A stretch of DNA of 64,000 bases from Bacteroidales bacterium (GTDB taxonomy: Bacteria; Bacteroidota; Bacteroidia; Bacteroidales; VadinHA17): positions 24,921 to 88,920 of the forward strand of contig JAIPBU010000008.1 in the NCBI GenBank assembly GCA_021738535.1, given 5' to 3'. Of this stretch, positions 28,161-43,563 are shown piece after piece. The first letter of the stretch is position 1; the number at the start of each line of letters is the position of its first letter. The notes under the pieces are model-generated. The model searched no databases, was not told the DNA's origin, and saw only the letters and a list, made by a program, of their open reading frames with translations. Position numbers and translations under genes: made by a program.

Positions 28161-29831
28161 ATGAAATCAGACATTGAAATTGCACAGGCAACAAAAATGA
28201 AACATATAAGCGAAGTTGCCGAACAAATGGGGATTGAAATTAAAGATCTCGAACTCTATGGGAACTATAAAGCAAAGTTGCCATTAAATCTTATTGATGA
28301 AGATAAGGTTAAGAAGTCAAAGCTGGTACTCGTAACGGCACTGACACCTACCCCGGCAGGTGAGGGAAAAACAACCACCTCCATAGGTCTTGCACAGGCC
28401 ATGAATATCATTAATAAGAAAACAACAGTAGTTCTGAGGGAACCTTCCCTGGGACCGGTTTTCGGAATAAAAGGAGGAGCTGCAGGCGGTGGTCATGCAC
28501 AGGTAGTGCCGATGGAGGACATTAACCTCCATTTTACGGGTGATCTTTCTGCAGTTGAAAAGGCACATAACCTGCTGGCTGCATTGATTGACAACAACCT
28601 TCAACAGAAGAGTGTAAGCCTTGATATTGACCCTCGTACCATAGAATGGAAAAGGGTTATGGATATGAATGAAAGGGCCCTGAGAAGCATTGTAATTGGT
28701 CTTGGTGGTAAAACACAGGGAGTCCCCAGGGAGTCAGGGTTTTACATTACAGCAGCTTCCGAGGTAATGGCAATTCTATGTATGGCTACTGATATGGAGG
28801 ACCTTAAGAGAAGGTTGGGCAATATATTTGTTGGATATACTTATGGCGGGCAGGCTGTATATGCCCGCGATCTTAATGCCCAGGGCGCAATGGCAGTATT
28901 ACTGAAAGATGCCATTAAGCCTAACCTCGTGCAAACACTGGAAGGTACACCTGCAATAGTGCACGGTGGCCCCTTTGCCAATATTGCACAGGGAACAAAT
29001 ACCATCCTGGGTACAAAGATGGGAATGTCTTTAAGCGATTATGTTGTTACTGAAGCCGGATTTGCCAGTGAACTGGGAGCCGAGAAATTTTTTGATATTA
29101 AATGCCGGATGGGAGGACTTACACCGGATGCCGTTGTAATTGTTGCAACCATCAGGGCTCTGAAATATCATGGAGGTGCTGATGCTAAAGAACTGAATAA
29201 TGAGGATGTCTCAGCCCTCAAAGGTGGTCTGGAAAACCTGGAGAAGCATATTGAAAATATGCAGGAGTTTGGTTTGAAACCAATTGTAGCCATCAATAAA
29301 TTTGTATCTGACACAGACAAGGAGATAGACGCTGTTGCTGATTTCTGTAAGAGCAAGAATGTGGAAGTAGCTCTTAACGATTCCTGGGCCGAAGGAGGAG
29401 AAGGCGCGGTTGAACTTGCAGAAAAAGTTGTTAAGGCCGTGGATGACCCGGACAGGAATTTTAAACCCCTGTATGAGCTTTCAGCAAGCTATGAAGAAAA
29501 AATAGAAACCATAGCCACGAAGATATACGGAGCTGACGGTGTTGAATTTTCAGCTAAGGCAAAGAAGCAACTCAGGGCTATCGAGAAGCTTGAACTGGAT
29601 GATATGCCTGTCTGTATTGCGAAAACACAAAAATCATTATCTGATGATGCCAGTCTCAGGGGACGTCCGAAAAACTACAAGATATCTGTCAGGGAGGTGG
29701 AATTGTCTTCAGGAGCAGGATTTATTGTGCCTATTGCAGGTGCAATAATGAGAATGCCCGGACTGCCTTCAAAACCGTCAGCGGAGAATATTGATATTGA
29801 CATAAATGGAAATATTACCGGGCTGTTTTAA
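28161..29831 (+). CDS. fhs: Formate--tetrahydrofolate ligase
   Basis: MKSDIEIAQ..., TPTPAGEGKTTTSIGL, EPSLGPVFGIKGGAAGGG. Length 556 aa. Confidence 0.95.
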   Translation: MKSDIEIAQATKMKHISEVAEQMGIEIKDLELYGNYKAKLPLNLIDEDKVKKSKLVLVTALTPTPAGEGKTTTSIGLAQAMNIINKKTTVVLREPSLGPVFGIKGGAAGGGHAQVVPMEDINLHFTGDLSAVEKAHNLLAALIDNNLQQKSVSLDIDPRTIEWKRVMDMNERALRSIVIGLGGKTQGVPRESGFYITAASEVMAILCMATDMEDLKRRLGNIFVGYTYGGQAVYARDLNAQGAMAVLLKDAIKPNLVQTLEGTPAIVHGGPFANIAQGTNTILGTKMGMSLSDYVVTEAGFASELGAEKFFDIKCRMGGLTPDAVVIVATIRALKYHGGADAKELNNEDVSALKGGLENLEKHIENMQEFGLKPIVAINKFVSDTDKEIDAVADFCKSKNVEVALNDSWAEGGEGAVELAEKVVKAVDDPDRNFKPLYELSASYEEKIETIATKIYGADGVEFSAKAKKQLRAIEKLELDDMPVCIAKTQKSLSDDASLRGRPKNYKISVREVELSSGAGFIVPIAGAIMRMPGLPSKPSAENIDIDINGNITGLF

Positions 29832-29876
29832 TCATTCTCCCGCAGCAGAGAGACAATAAGTAAATATTTATATACA

Positions 29877-29906
29877 AAGAGGTGCGTAGCAGCACCTCTT
29901 TTTTAT
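29877..29906 (+). terminator. Intrinsic terminator after fhs
   Basis: AAGAGGTGC / GCACCTCTT 9-bp stem, 6-nt loop, TTTTTTATTT tail. Confidence 0.8.
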
Positions 29907-29994
29907 TTCATCTTAAAATTCTAATGGACTCCGGCATTTTCAATCTTTCAAAGCTTTTTGTATATTACTTCTTTTATTATACCAGTTAATTATC

Positions 29995-30597
29995 GTGGAG
30001 CACTTATGCAATAAATGTCAGTTTACTGCCGCCATCCTTGCAGGCGGAAAGAATTCACGGTTCGGTGGCAAAACCAAGGCAAAAATGATGATCGACGGAA
30101 GACCCCTGATTGAAAAAACAATCAGGGTTCTGGAGACTGTTTTTGACGATATTATTATAATAACCAACAGGAAGGATGAATTGCCTGGGTTCAAAAATAT
30201 CAGGATGTATGCTGATATATATCATAACAGGGGGCCGCTGGGAGGACTGCATTCTGCCCTGACAAACTCTCAAAGAGAAGCCGTATTTATGCTTGCAAGT
30301 GATATGCCTGATATATCAGCCCGAATTATTAGAAGACAACTGGCTGAGTTTGCTGGTAAACAGGCTGATGCATTGCTGCCCCAACATGATAATTTTATTG
30401 AGCCGCTTCACGCTGTTTATCGCAAATCCATTCTGCCGGAACTTGATAAATACCTGGCTGAATCACAAAAATTAGCGATCAGGGAGTTTCTCAATCAGGT
30501 CAGAGTGGATTATTTTAGGATAAGTAATATTGAAAAACAAAATGTATTTATTAATATTAACACTCAGGAAGACCTGAATAATTATCTGAATACTTAG
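29995..30597 (+). CDS. mobA: Molybdenum cofactor guanylyltransferase (MobA-like)
   Basis: AAILAGGKNSRFGG...K, GPLGGLHSAL, LASDMP. GTG start. The gene sits directly upstream of the molybdopterin enzyme genes. Confidence 0.8.
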   Translation: MEHLCNKCQFTAAILAGGKNSRFGGKTKAKMMIDGRPLIEKTIRVLETVFDDIIIITNRKDELPGFKNIRMYADIYHNRGPLGGLHSALTNSQREAVFMLASDMPDISARIIRRQLAEFAGKQADALLPQHDNFIEPLHAVYRKSILPELDKYLAESQKLAIREFLNQVRVDYFRISNIEKQNVFININTQEDLNNYLNT

Positions 30598-30600
30598 ATT

Positions 30601-31059
30601 ATGATTGAAGCTAAAGAAATTGATTTTAGCCTTTATGAAAGGAATCCCGGGGAACTAATACCTCTTCTGCAGCTTGTGCAGAGAGAGTCAGGGTTTCTTT
30701 CAGATGAATCAATGAAACGCATTGCCCGTTTTACCGGTGTTCCTCTCAGTAAAGTATACGGGGTGGCCACTTTTTATTCCCAGTTCAGGTTTAAACCAAA
30801 GGGGGAGAAACATATAATGATGTGTCGCGGTACTGCCTGTCATGTTAAAGGAGCACCTCGCATTCAGCAGGAGATAGAAAATCACCTTGGTATTAAAGAA
30901 GGGGAGACTTCTGATGACATGAAATTTTCCCTTGAGAATGTAGCATGTATAGGAGCCTGCAGCCTTGCCCCGGTAGTAATGGTAAATGAAGATGTTGAGG
31001 CAAAGCTAAGCCCTGAAAGGATTAAAAAGTTATTTGGAAAGAGCGAAAAGAAAAAATGA
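30601..31059 (+). CDS. NuoE/HndA-like [2Fe-2S] subunit, formate dehydrogenase module 1
   Basis: Thioredoxin-like 2Fe-2S pattern MMCRGTAC...ACIGACSLAPV. Overlaps the next gene (ATGA). Confidence 0.88.
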   Translation: MIEAKEIDFSLYERNPGELIPLLQLVQRESGFLSDESMKRIARFTGVPLSKVYGVATFYSQFRFKPKGEKHIMMCRGTACHVKGAPRIQQEIENHLGIKEGETSDDMKFSLENVACIGACSLAPVVMVNEDVEAKLSPERIKKLFGKSEKKK

Positions 31060-32936
31060 TGGAATTATCTGACCTGGTTAAACTCGCAAATAATGAATGG
31101 GATGATCTTTTAAACGGAGATGATCCTGTTCTTCTTGTTGGTAATGCAACTTGCGGCAGATCAGCGGGTTCGGGAATTGTTTTCAGGACATTAAAGAATA
31201 GAATTAATGAATCGGGAATTAAATGCAAGCTGCATGAAGTAGGCTGTATTGGAATGTGTTACCTGGAACCGATAGTGGCTGTATATACTCCCGGAAATCC
31301 CCTGTTGTTTTTCTCCGGGGTACATGAAAAAGAAGCTGCTGAACTGTTTGAATCTTACGTAATTAAAAAAGAAAAAGCACAGGGAAAGGTTATAGGCTTT
31401 CTTGGTGAAGGGGATAGTGACGGCCACAAACATCTCGGGGATATAACAGTAATGAGGCCCCAGGAAAGACTGGTGTTGAATAATTGCGGTTTGATTGATC
31501 CCACCAGCCTGAATCATTATATTGCTAATAAGGGCTATTCAGGTTTAAATAAAAGCCTGGGCCTGGAACCACAGCAGGTTATTGATAATATCAAAGCCTC
31601 AGGTCTGCGTGGAAGGGGCGGTGCAGGATTCCCCACATGGCGTAAATGGCAGTTCGCCAGGGATAAGGACAGCGATATAAAATACCTCGTCTGTAATGCG
31701 GATGAAGGAGACCCCGGTGCTTTTATGAACAGGTCGCTGATTGAAGGTGACCCCCATTCGTTGATAGAAGGAATGATAATAGCGGCTTATGCTATTGGTG
31801 CCTCAACAGGCTATATTTATTGCCGTGCAGAATACCCTCTTGCCCTCGAAAGATTGAGACTGGCAATCAAACAGGCAGAGGAAGAGGGCTTACTAGGAAA
31901 GAATATACTGGAATCAGGATTTGATTTCAGGCTTAAAGTAAAAGAAGGAGCAGGGGCCTTTGTGTGCGGTGAAGAAACTGCCCTTATTGCTTCTATTGAA
32001 GGAGACAGGGGTATGCCACGACCCAGACCGCCTTTCCCGGCTGTAGCTGGTCTGTGGGGGAAGCCCACTATTATAAACAACGTTGAAACCCTGGCCTCGG
32101 TATCAAGGATTTTTCAGAATAGCCCGGAATGGTTTTCCAGGTTTGGTACAGAAAAAAGTAAGGGCACCAAAACCTTTGCCCTGGTTGGAAAAGTCAAAAA
32201 TTCAGGTTTGATTGAAGTCCCGCTTGGTACAAGCATGAGGGAAATAATCTTTGATATTGGTGGAGGTGTTGAAAACGATAAACAATTCAAGGCTGTTCAG
32301 ACAGGAGGCCCGTCCGGGGGGTGTCTTCCTGCTGAGCTGATAGACCTTCCTGTTGATTATGAGTCTCTTGCGGATGCAGGTACTATTATGGGATCCGGGG
32401 GACTGGTTGTTATGGATGAAAATACATGTATGGTTGATGTGGCAAGGTATTTCCTCGATTTTGCACATAAAGAATCATGCGGTGAATGCGCTCCTTGCCG
32501 GCTTGGAACAAAGCAAATGCTTGATATCCTGACTGATATAACTGAAGGAAGGGGAAGTATGGAGGATCTTAAATTGCTTGAGGACCTTGGTAAGGGAATT
32601 ATGAAAGGATCATTGTGCGGGCTGGGGCAGACAGCACCCAATCCTGTCCTGACAACTCTCAGGTATTTCAGGGATGAGTATATTGAACATATAAGGGATA
32701 AAAAATGCAGGGCAAAGGTGTGCAAAGAACTAATATATTATGATATTATAGCTGAGAAATGTACAGGTTGTCATCTGTGCTTTAAAGTTTGTCCTGTCTC
32801 TGCAATTAGCGGGGATCCCAAAGAAATACACGTAATCGACCAGGAATTATGCATAAAATGTGGTATGTGCCTTGAAAAATGTCCCGATAAGTTTAATGCG
32901 ATTGAAGTATATGCCGGATCAAAAAACCATGGCTAA
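31056..32936 (+). CDS. NuoF/HndC-like NAD(P)H- and FMN-binding subunit, long form with N-terminal thioredoxin-like domain and C-terminal 2x[4Fe-4S] ferredoxin domain, module 1
   Basis: GLRGRGGAGFPTWRKW, CNADEGDPGAF, ESCGECAPCRLG...LCGLGQ. C-terminal CTGCHLCFKVCP...CIKCGMCLEKCP. 626 aa. Confidence 0.9.
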   Translation: MMELSDLVKLANNEWDDLLNGDDPVLLVGNATCGRSAGSGIVFRTLKNRINESGIKCKLHEVGCIGMCYLEPIVAVYTPGNPLLFFSGVHEKEAAELFESYVIKKEKAQGKVIGFLGEGDSDGHKHLGDITVMRPQERLVLNNCGLIDPTSLNHYIANKGYSGLNKSLGLEPQQVIDNIKASGLRGRGGAGFPTWRKWQFARDKDSDIKYLVCNADEGDPGAFMNRSLIEGDPHSLIEGMIIAAYAIGASTGYIYCRAEYPLALERLRLAIKQAEEEGLLGKNILESGFDFRLKVKEGAGAFVCGEETALIASIEGDRGMPRPRPPFPAVAGLWGKPTIINNVETLASVSRIFQNSPEWFSRFGTEKSKGTKTFALVGKVKNSGLIEVPLGTSMREIIFDIGGGVENDKQFKAVQTGGPSGGCLPAELIDLPVDYESLADAGTIMGSGGLVVMDENTCMVDVARYFLDFAHKESCGECAPCRLGTKQMLDILTDITEGRGSMEDLKLLEDLGKGIMKGSLCGLGQTAPNPVLTTLRYFRDEYIEHIRDKKCRAKVCKELIYYDIIAEKCTGCHLCFKVCPVSAISGDPKEIHVIDQELCIKCGMCLEKCPDKFNAIEVYAGSKNHG

Positions 32937-32942
32937 ACTAAT

Positions 32943-35624
32943 ATGGAAAAGGTTAAATTATATATTGACGGTAAAGAAATAATTACATCCCGGGGATCAA
33001 CTGTTCTTGAAGCAGCCCTGTCAAATGGGATATACATCCCTAACCTCTGTCATCATCCTGATCTTAAACCATCAGGTAATTGCAGGATGTGTATAGTGGA
33101 AATTGAGGGCCGGAAGGGACAGGTAATTTCATGTATGACCGAAGTGGAAGAGGGTATGGTGGTAAGAACCGAAAGCCAGGAGATTTCACTTGTAAGACAA
33201 ACTACTCTTGAACTGCTGCATGCAAATCATACCCAGGATTGTACTAACTGCCATAGTAATAATACCTGCAAGTTGCAGGAAGTAACTGCTTTTGTAGGTG
33301 TTGATGAAGAACGACTGTCACGTCTGAGAAGAAGCAGGCCGGAAATTCCTGTTGATGATTCAAATCCTTTCTTCACCCTTGATCACAATAAATGCATAAT
33401 GTGCGGTATCTGCATACGCACATGCGACGAGGTTCAGGGTGTAAACGCACTTGATTATGGGTTCAGGGGATTTAGCACGCTTGTTAGCACTTATAACAAC
33501 CAGCCAATAAAGGAATCTGTTTGTGAATCCTGCGGCGAATGTGTTGTGAGATGTCCCGTGGGAGCACTGTATGTTAAAGAAAGTAAAGTGCCTACTCATG
33601 AAGTAAAAACAGTGTGTGCCTACTGTGGAGTTGGTTGCAATATTTACCTGGGGATACGTGGAAATAAAATTGTTAGTGCCCGGGGCGACAGGGAAAGTAT
33701 TGTAAATAAGGGCCGTTTATGTGTCAAAGGACGCTATGGTTATTCTTTTGTTGATCACCCTGACAGGCTAAGAACACCGCTGAAAAAGACAAACGGGTCG
33801 TTTGAGGAAATATCCTGGGATGAAGCTTTTGATATTATTTCAGAAAAATTTCTGAAAAGTAAAAACAAGTTTGCTGCCCTTACTTCAGCGAAAGTTACAA
33901 ATGAGGATAATTATGTAATCCAGAAATTTACCCGGGCAGTGATGGGTACCAACAATATTGATCACTGTGCAAGGTTATGCCATGCACCAACAGTGTCAGG
34001 TCTGGTTCAGAGCTTCGGATCGGGTGCAATGACAAATTCAATTGATGAATTCACCGGGGCAAAGACAATTTTCTCCATCGGTTCCAACACTACGGCGGCA
34101 CATCCCATCATAGGACTGCATATAAAAGAAGCAAAAAGAAGGGGAGCAAAAATAATCGTAGCCAATCCAAAGGAAATTGACCTCTGCCGCTTTGCAGATA
34201 TATATATGCAGCATTACCCGGGCACTGATGTAGTATTACTGATGGGAATGATTAATGTTATTCTCGAAGAAGGCCTGCAGGATAGTGAGTTCATAAAGAC
34301 AAGGTGTGAAGGCTATGATGAGTTACTTTCTTCAATTGCCGGTTTTGATATTGATTCTGTCAGTGAAATTACGGGTGTGCCTGCAAATACCATACGTGAC
34401 GCAGCCAGGCTATACGCAGTGAATAAACCAGCGTCACTGGTATATGCCATGGGTATTACACAACACAGTCATGGAACAGATAATGTGCTGGCAGTAAGTA
34501 ATCTGGCCCTTGTCACAGGCAATATAGGCAGGGAGTCGTCAGGCGTAAATCCATTGAGAGGACAGAATAATGTGCAGGGAGCATGTGATATGGGTGGACT
34601 GCCTAATGTATACCCGGGTTATCAGCCGGTTGAAAGCAAGCAGGCAGCTGCTAAGTTTGAAAAAGCCTGGTCTGCAAGGCTCAGTCGTGAGAATGGTTTA
34701 ACACACACTGAATATTTCACTGAAATAGAGAAAGGTAATATTAAAGCACTCTACCAGGTGGGCGAAAATCCTGTTCTGAGTGAGGCTGATGCAAATCATG
34801 TGAAGAAAGCCCTGGATAAACTGGATTTTTTTGTGGTGCAGGATATTTTTCTTACACAAACAGCAAAGTATGCTGATATTGTCCTGCCTGCCTGTTCTTT
34901 TGCAGAGAAAGACGGAACATTTACAAATACAGAAAGAAGGGTGCAGAGAGTAAGAAAAGCTGTCGATCCACCCGGCGAAGCAAAAGACGACTGGTGGATT
35001 ACCTGTGAGATTGCAAAAAGAATGGGGGCAGCAGGATTTGATTATGAGAATGTAACTGATATTGTTGAAGAAATAAATTCCCTTACCCCAAGTTATGCAG
35101 GTATTACTTTTGACAGGATCAGGGAGGAAGGCATTCAATGGCCCTGTACAGTTAGTGATCACAAGGGAACAAAATTCCTGCATGCAGAAAAGTTTGCAAG
35201 AAGCTCGGGAAAGGGCCGCTTGTTTCCACTGCTTTATAAAGCTTCTGTTGAACTGCCGGATGAAGAATATCCCTTATTGCTGACAACTGACAGGAGTTTG
35301 TATCATTATCACACCAGTACAATGACCGGCAGGGTTAGTGGACTAAAGGATATTGAAGAGACTGAATTATTGCGGATTAACCCGGCAGATGCTCAAAAGA
35401 TGGGACTTAAAAAGGGAGATAAGGTAAGTGTGAAGTCCCGTAGGGGTATTATTAAGGTTATGGCTGATATAGACCATAGCTGCCCGGAAGGTGTGGCATC
35501 TCTTACCTTCCATTTTCCTGATGCCCCTACCAATGAGTTGACAATTTGTGCTTTGGATCCCGTTTCAAAGATACCCGAAACAAAAGTGTGCGCAGTGAGG
35601 ATTGAAACATGCAATTCTGAATGA
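32943..35624 (+). CDS. Formate dehydrogenase catalytic (alpha) subunit, NuoG-like N-terminus plus bis-MGD domain, Cys type, module 1
   Basis: N-terminal 2Fe-2S CHHPDL...GNCRMC. His/Cys cluster motif HTQDCTNCHSNNTCKLQ. 2x[4Fe-4S] CIMCGICIRTC / CESCGECVVRCP. MopB CAYCGVGC. Active-site block IDHCARLCHAPTV (Cys-His where selenoenzymes have Sec-His). Confidence 0.88.
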   Translation: MEKVKLYIDGKEIITSRGSTVLEAALSNGIYIPNLCHHPDLKPSGNCRMCIVEIEGRKGQVISCMTEVEEGMVVRTESQEISLVRQTTLELLHANHTQDCTNCHSNNTCKLQEVTAFVGVDEERLSRLRRSRPEIPVDDSNPFFTLDHNKCIMCGICIRTCDEVQGVNALDYGFRGFSTLVSTYNNQPIKESVCESCGECVVRCPVGALYVKESKVPTHEVKTVCAYCGVGCNIYLGIRGNKIVSARGDRESIVNKGRLCVKGRYGYSFVDHPDRLRTPLKKTNGSFEEISWDEAFDIISEKFLKSKNKFAALTSAKVTNEDNYVIQKFTRAVMGTNNIDHCARLCHAPTVSGLVQSFGSGAMTNSIDEFTGAKTIFSIGSNTTAAHPIIGLHIKEAKRRGAKIIVANPKEIDLCRFADIYMQHYPGTDVVLLMGMINVILEEGLQDSEFIKTRCEGYDELLSSIAGFDIDSVSEITGVPANTIRDAARLYAVNKPASLVYAMGITQHSHGTDNVLAVSNLALVTGNIGRESSGVNPLRGQNNVQGACDMGGLPNVYPGYQPVESKQAAAKFEKAWSARLSRENGLTHTEYFTEIEKGNIKALYQVGENPVLSEADANHVKKALDKLDFFVVQDIFLTQTAKYADIVLPACSFAEKDGTFTNTERRVQRVRKAVDPPGEAKDDWWITCEIAKRMGAAGFDYENVTDIVEEINSLTPSYAGITFDRIREEGIQWPCTVSDHKGTKFLHAEKFARSSGKGRLFPLLYKASVELPDEEYPLLLTTDRSLYHYHTSTMTGRVSGLKDIEETELLRINPADAQKMGLKKGDKVSVKSRRGIIKVMADIDHSCPEGVASLTFHFPDAPTNELTICALDPVSKIPETKVCAVRIETCNSE

Positions 35625-35651
35625 CTTGCCCTGAGCCACGTCGAAGGGAGC

Positions 35652-35791
35652 GAAGAATCTGAGAATGGCGTGGGTCAGGAGACCCACACCAACGAACGGC
35701 GAAGAATCTGAGAATGGCGTGGGTCAGGAGACCCGCACCAACGAACGGTGAAGAATCTGAGAATGGCGTGGGTCAGGAGACCCGCACCAAC
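35652..35791. repeat. 49-bp tandem repeat, about 2.9 copies, each with an internal hairpin
   Basis: Unit GAAGAATCTGAGAATGGCGTGGGTCAGGAGACCC(A/G)CACCAACGAACGG(C/T) at 35652-35700, 35701-35749 and 35750-35791 (truncated). Each unit contains GTGGGTC-AGGA-GACCC(A/G)C (7-bp stem; the A/G change keeps a pair as U-G). It lies in the 179-nt gap between fdhA1 and the second nuoE-like gene. Confidence 0.9.
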
Positions 35792-35803
35792 AATATAGAA
35801 ATT

Positions 35804-36268
35804 ATGAGCACAGAAGAAATACTGAAACAATTCCCGGCGGAGCATAATAACATGCTGGGAATACTGCATGCCCTGCAGGATAATAATCCCCGGAATTATC
35901 TGAACAGTAAAGACCTGAAGGCTGCTGCGGCTTATCTTAATACAAGCTTAAGCCATGTTTATGGTGTGGCAACATATTATTCAATGTTCAGCGTCAGGCC
36001 CAGGGGTGAAAATATTATAAGGATCTGCAATTCCCCTGTTTGCCATGTTGAAGGTTCAGTTAACATTATTGATGAACTGAAGAAAGAGCTTTTTATCGGT
36101 TTAGGAGAAACTACGGAAGACGGACTTTTTACGATTGAACTTACTGAATGTCTCGGACAGTGCCACAGGGCACCTGTTATGATGATAAATGAAAATATAT
36201 ATGGTAATCTTAGTAAGGAAAAGATATTGTCAATTTTGAACAAGTATAAAAATAACCATAGTGGCTGA
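35804..36268 (+). CDS. NuoE/FdsG-like [2Fe-2S] subunit, formate dehydrogenase module 2
   Basis: The start at ATG 35804 (MSTEEILKQFP...) gives 154 aa, matching module-1 NuoE (152 aa). The ORF-track start at 35714 runs through the non-coding tandem repeat. Cys pattern ICNSPVC...CLGQCHRAPV. Confidence 0.85.
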   Translation: MSTEEILKQFPAEHNNMLGILHALQDNNPRNYLNSKDLKAAAAYLNTSLSHVYGVATYYSMFSVRPRGENIIRICNSPVCHVEGSVNIIDELKKELFIGLGETTEDGLFTIELTECLGQCHRAPVMMINENIYGNLSKEKILSILNKYKNNHSG

Positions 36269-37502
36269 AGAAAGAAGAATTACACTTATTAACTACGGGA
36301 AAATTGACCCTGAAAGTATCAGTGACTATATCAGCGCCGGAGGATATAAAGCTGCTGAAAAGGCCCTTTCCTGTAAGCCCTTTGATATAATTGAGGAAAT
36401 GTCAAAATCCAGTTTGAGAGGAAGGGGAGGAGCAGGATTTTCAACAGGGCTGAAGAAAAAGTTCACCAGCGAGGCGTGTACACTGTGTGAACAGAAATAC
36501 CTTGTGTGCAATGCTGATGAGGGAGAACCGGGAACCTTCAAAGACAGGATCATTATGGAAAATGATCCACACCGCCTGATAGAAGGGATGATAATAGCCG
36601 CATATGCAATAGGAGCATCCAAAGCATATATTTATATCAGGGGCGAGTATTATAAATCAATAAAAAGACTTGGGAAAGCAATCCATGATGCAAGGCAGGA
36701 AGGCTTTCTTGGCAGTAATATATTCGGCAGTTCTTTTTCTACAGATATTGAAATAAGGCTGGGTGCGGGATCTTACCTCTGCGGGGAAGAACTCACCATG
36801 CTCGAATCACTTGAAGGCAAAAGAGGATATCCCAGGATTAAACCTCCTTTTCCTGCAGGGAAAGGATTACACGGTTTCCCGACATTGATAAATAACGTGG
36901 AAACACTTGCTACGGTACCTGTTGTAATTGAAAAAGGAGCTGACTGGTATACAGGCATGGGCACAGAAGACTCACCCGGAACAAAAATATTCACCATAAG
37001 CGGGGATATTAAGAAACCGGGATTTTATGAACTGGAACTGGGCCTGACCCTGCGTGAACTGATATATGACTTTGCGGGGGGTATGAAAGAAGGAGTTGAT
37101 TTGAAAGCGGTGTTGATAGGAGGTGCAGCTGGTACCTTTGTTGATGAAACAGTGCTTGATACTCCCATGGGATTTGATACTCTTAAAGAGAAAGGAGCAG
37201 TTCTCGGCTCAGGTGCAGTCATGGTGCTGGGGCATAATAAATCAATCCCGGGGATGACCCAATCCATCCTCGAATTCTTTGAACATGAATCCTGCGGGAA
37301 ATGCGTTCCGTGCAGGGTGGGCATGACCCAGCTGGTCAGGTTGATAAGCTCAGTTAATGAAAATGGTACGGGACATAAAAACATACTTGATGAAATGCTT
37401 ACCGAAGCAGAATTCATGGCTAAAACTTCATTATGCCCGCTGGGTCAATCACCTGTGCTGCCCTTGAAGAGCCTAAAAAGATATTTTGCCGGTCACTTCT
37501 GA
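36261..37502 (+). CDS. NuoF/FdsB-like NAD(H)- and FMN-binding subunit, short form, module 2
   Basis: SLRGRGGAGFSTGLKK, CNADEGEPGTF, ESCGKCVPCRVG...LCPLGQ. 413 aa, lacking the N- and C-terminal extra domains of the module-1 paralogue. GTG start overlapping the upstream gene. Confidence 0.85.
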   Translation: MAEERRITLINYGKIDPESISDYISAGGYKAAEKALSCKPFDIIEEMSKSSLRGRGGAGFSTGLKKKFTSEACTLCEQKYLVCNADEGEPGTFKDRIIMENDPHRLIEGMIIAAYAIGASKAYIYIRGEYYKSIKRLGKAIHDARQEGFLGSNIFGSSFSTDIEIRLGAGSYLCGEELTMLESLEGKRGYPRIKPPFPAGKGLHGFPTLINNVETLATVPVVIEKGADWYTGMGTEDSPGTKIFTISGDIKKPGFYELELGLTLRELIYDFAGGMKEGVDLKAVLIGGAAGTFVDETVLDTPMGFDTLKEKGAVLGSGAVMVLGHNKSIPGMTQSILEFFEHESCGKCVPCRVGMTQLVRLISSVNENGTGHKNILDEMLTEAEFMAKTSLCPLGQSPVLPLKSLKRYFAGHF

Positions 37503-37527
37503 TAATTTATACTTTTATTTCAGGTAT

Positions 37528-43469
<5,942 letters not shown>

Positions 43470-43563
43470 AAACATTATAAATAAGGCAAAATAAATTCAT
43501 GATGTTTTTATGGGTAAATATTTACCTTATATTTACTTTATTAACCCCTAACCTAACTGCCTG

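Noticed and set aside
29907-29994. Moco riboswitch upstream of mobA and the fdh genes
   Set aside because: The region is only ~90 nt, AT-rich, and shows no recognisable conserved stems. It is too short for the ~130-nt motif.
33961-33995. Selenocysteine-containing formate dehydrogenase (in-frame TGA plus SECIS)
   Set aside because: Both alpha subunits read straight through with TGC (Cys) at the Sec position (CARLCHAPTV; also CTRLCHASTV at 38581-38610). No in-frame TGA is present.
35652-35791. Possible CRISPR array
   Set aside because: The units are directly adjacent with no spacers. There are fewer than 3 copies, and no cas genes are in the window.
35714-35803. N-terminal extension of the second nuoE-like ORF through the repeat (MAWVRRPAPTNGEESENGVGQETRTNNIEI)
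   Set aside because: The extension is the translation of a 49-bp (non-triplet) tandem repeat. Starting at ATG 35804 gives a length equal to the module-1 paralogue.
37486-37527. Upstream start for fdhA2 (MPVTSDNLYFYFRY...)
   Set aside because: It overlaps the end of the NuoF-like gene. The ATG at 37528 aligns with the start of FdhA1.
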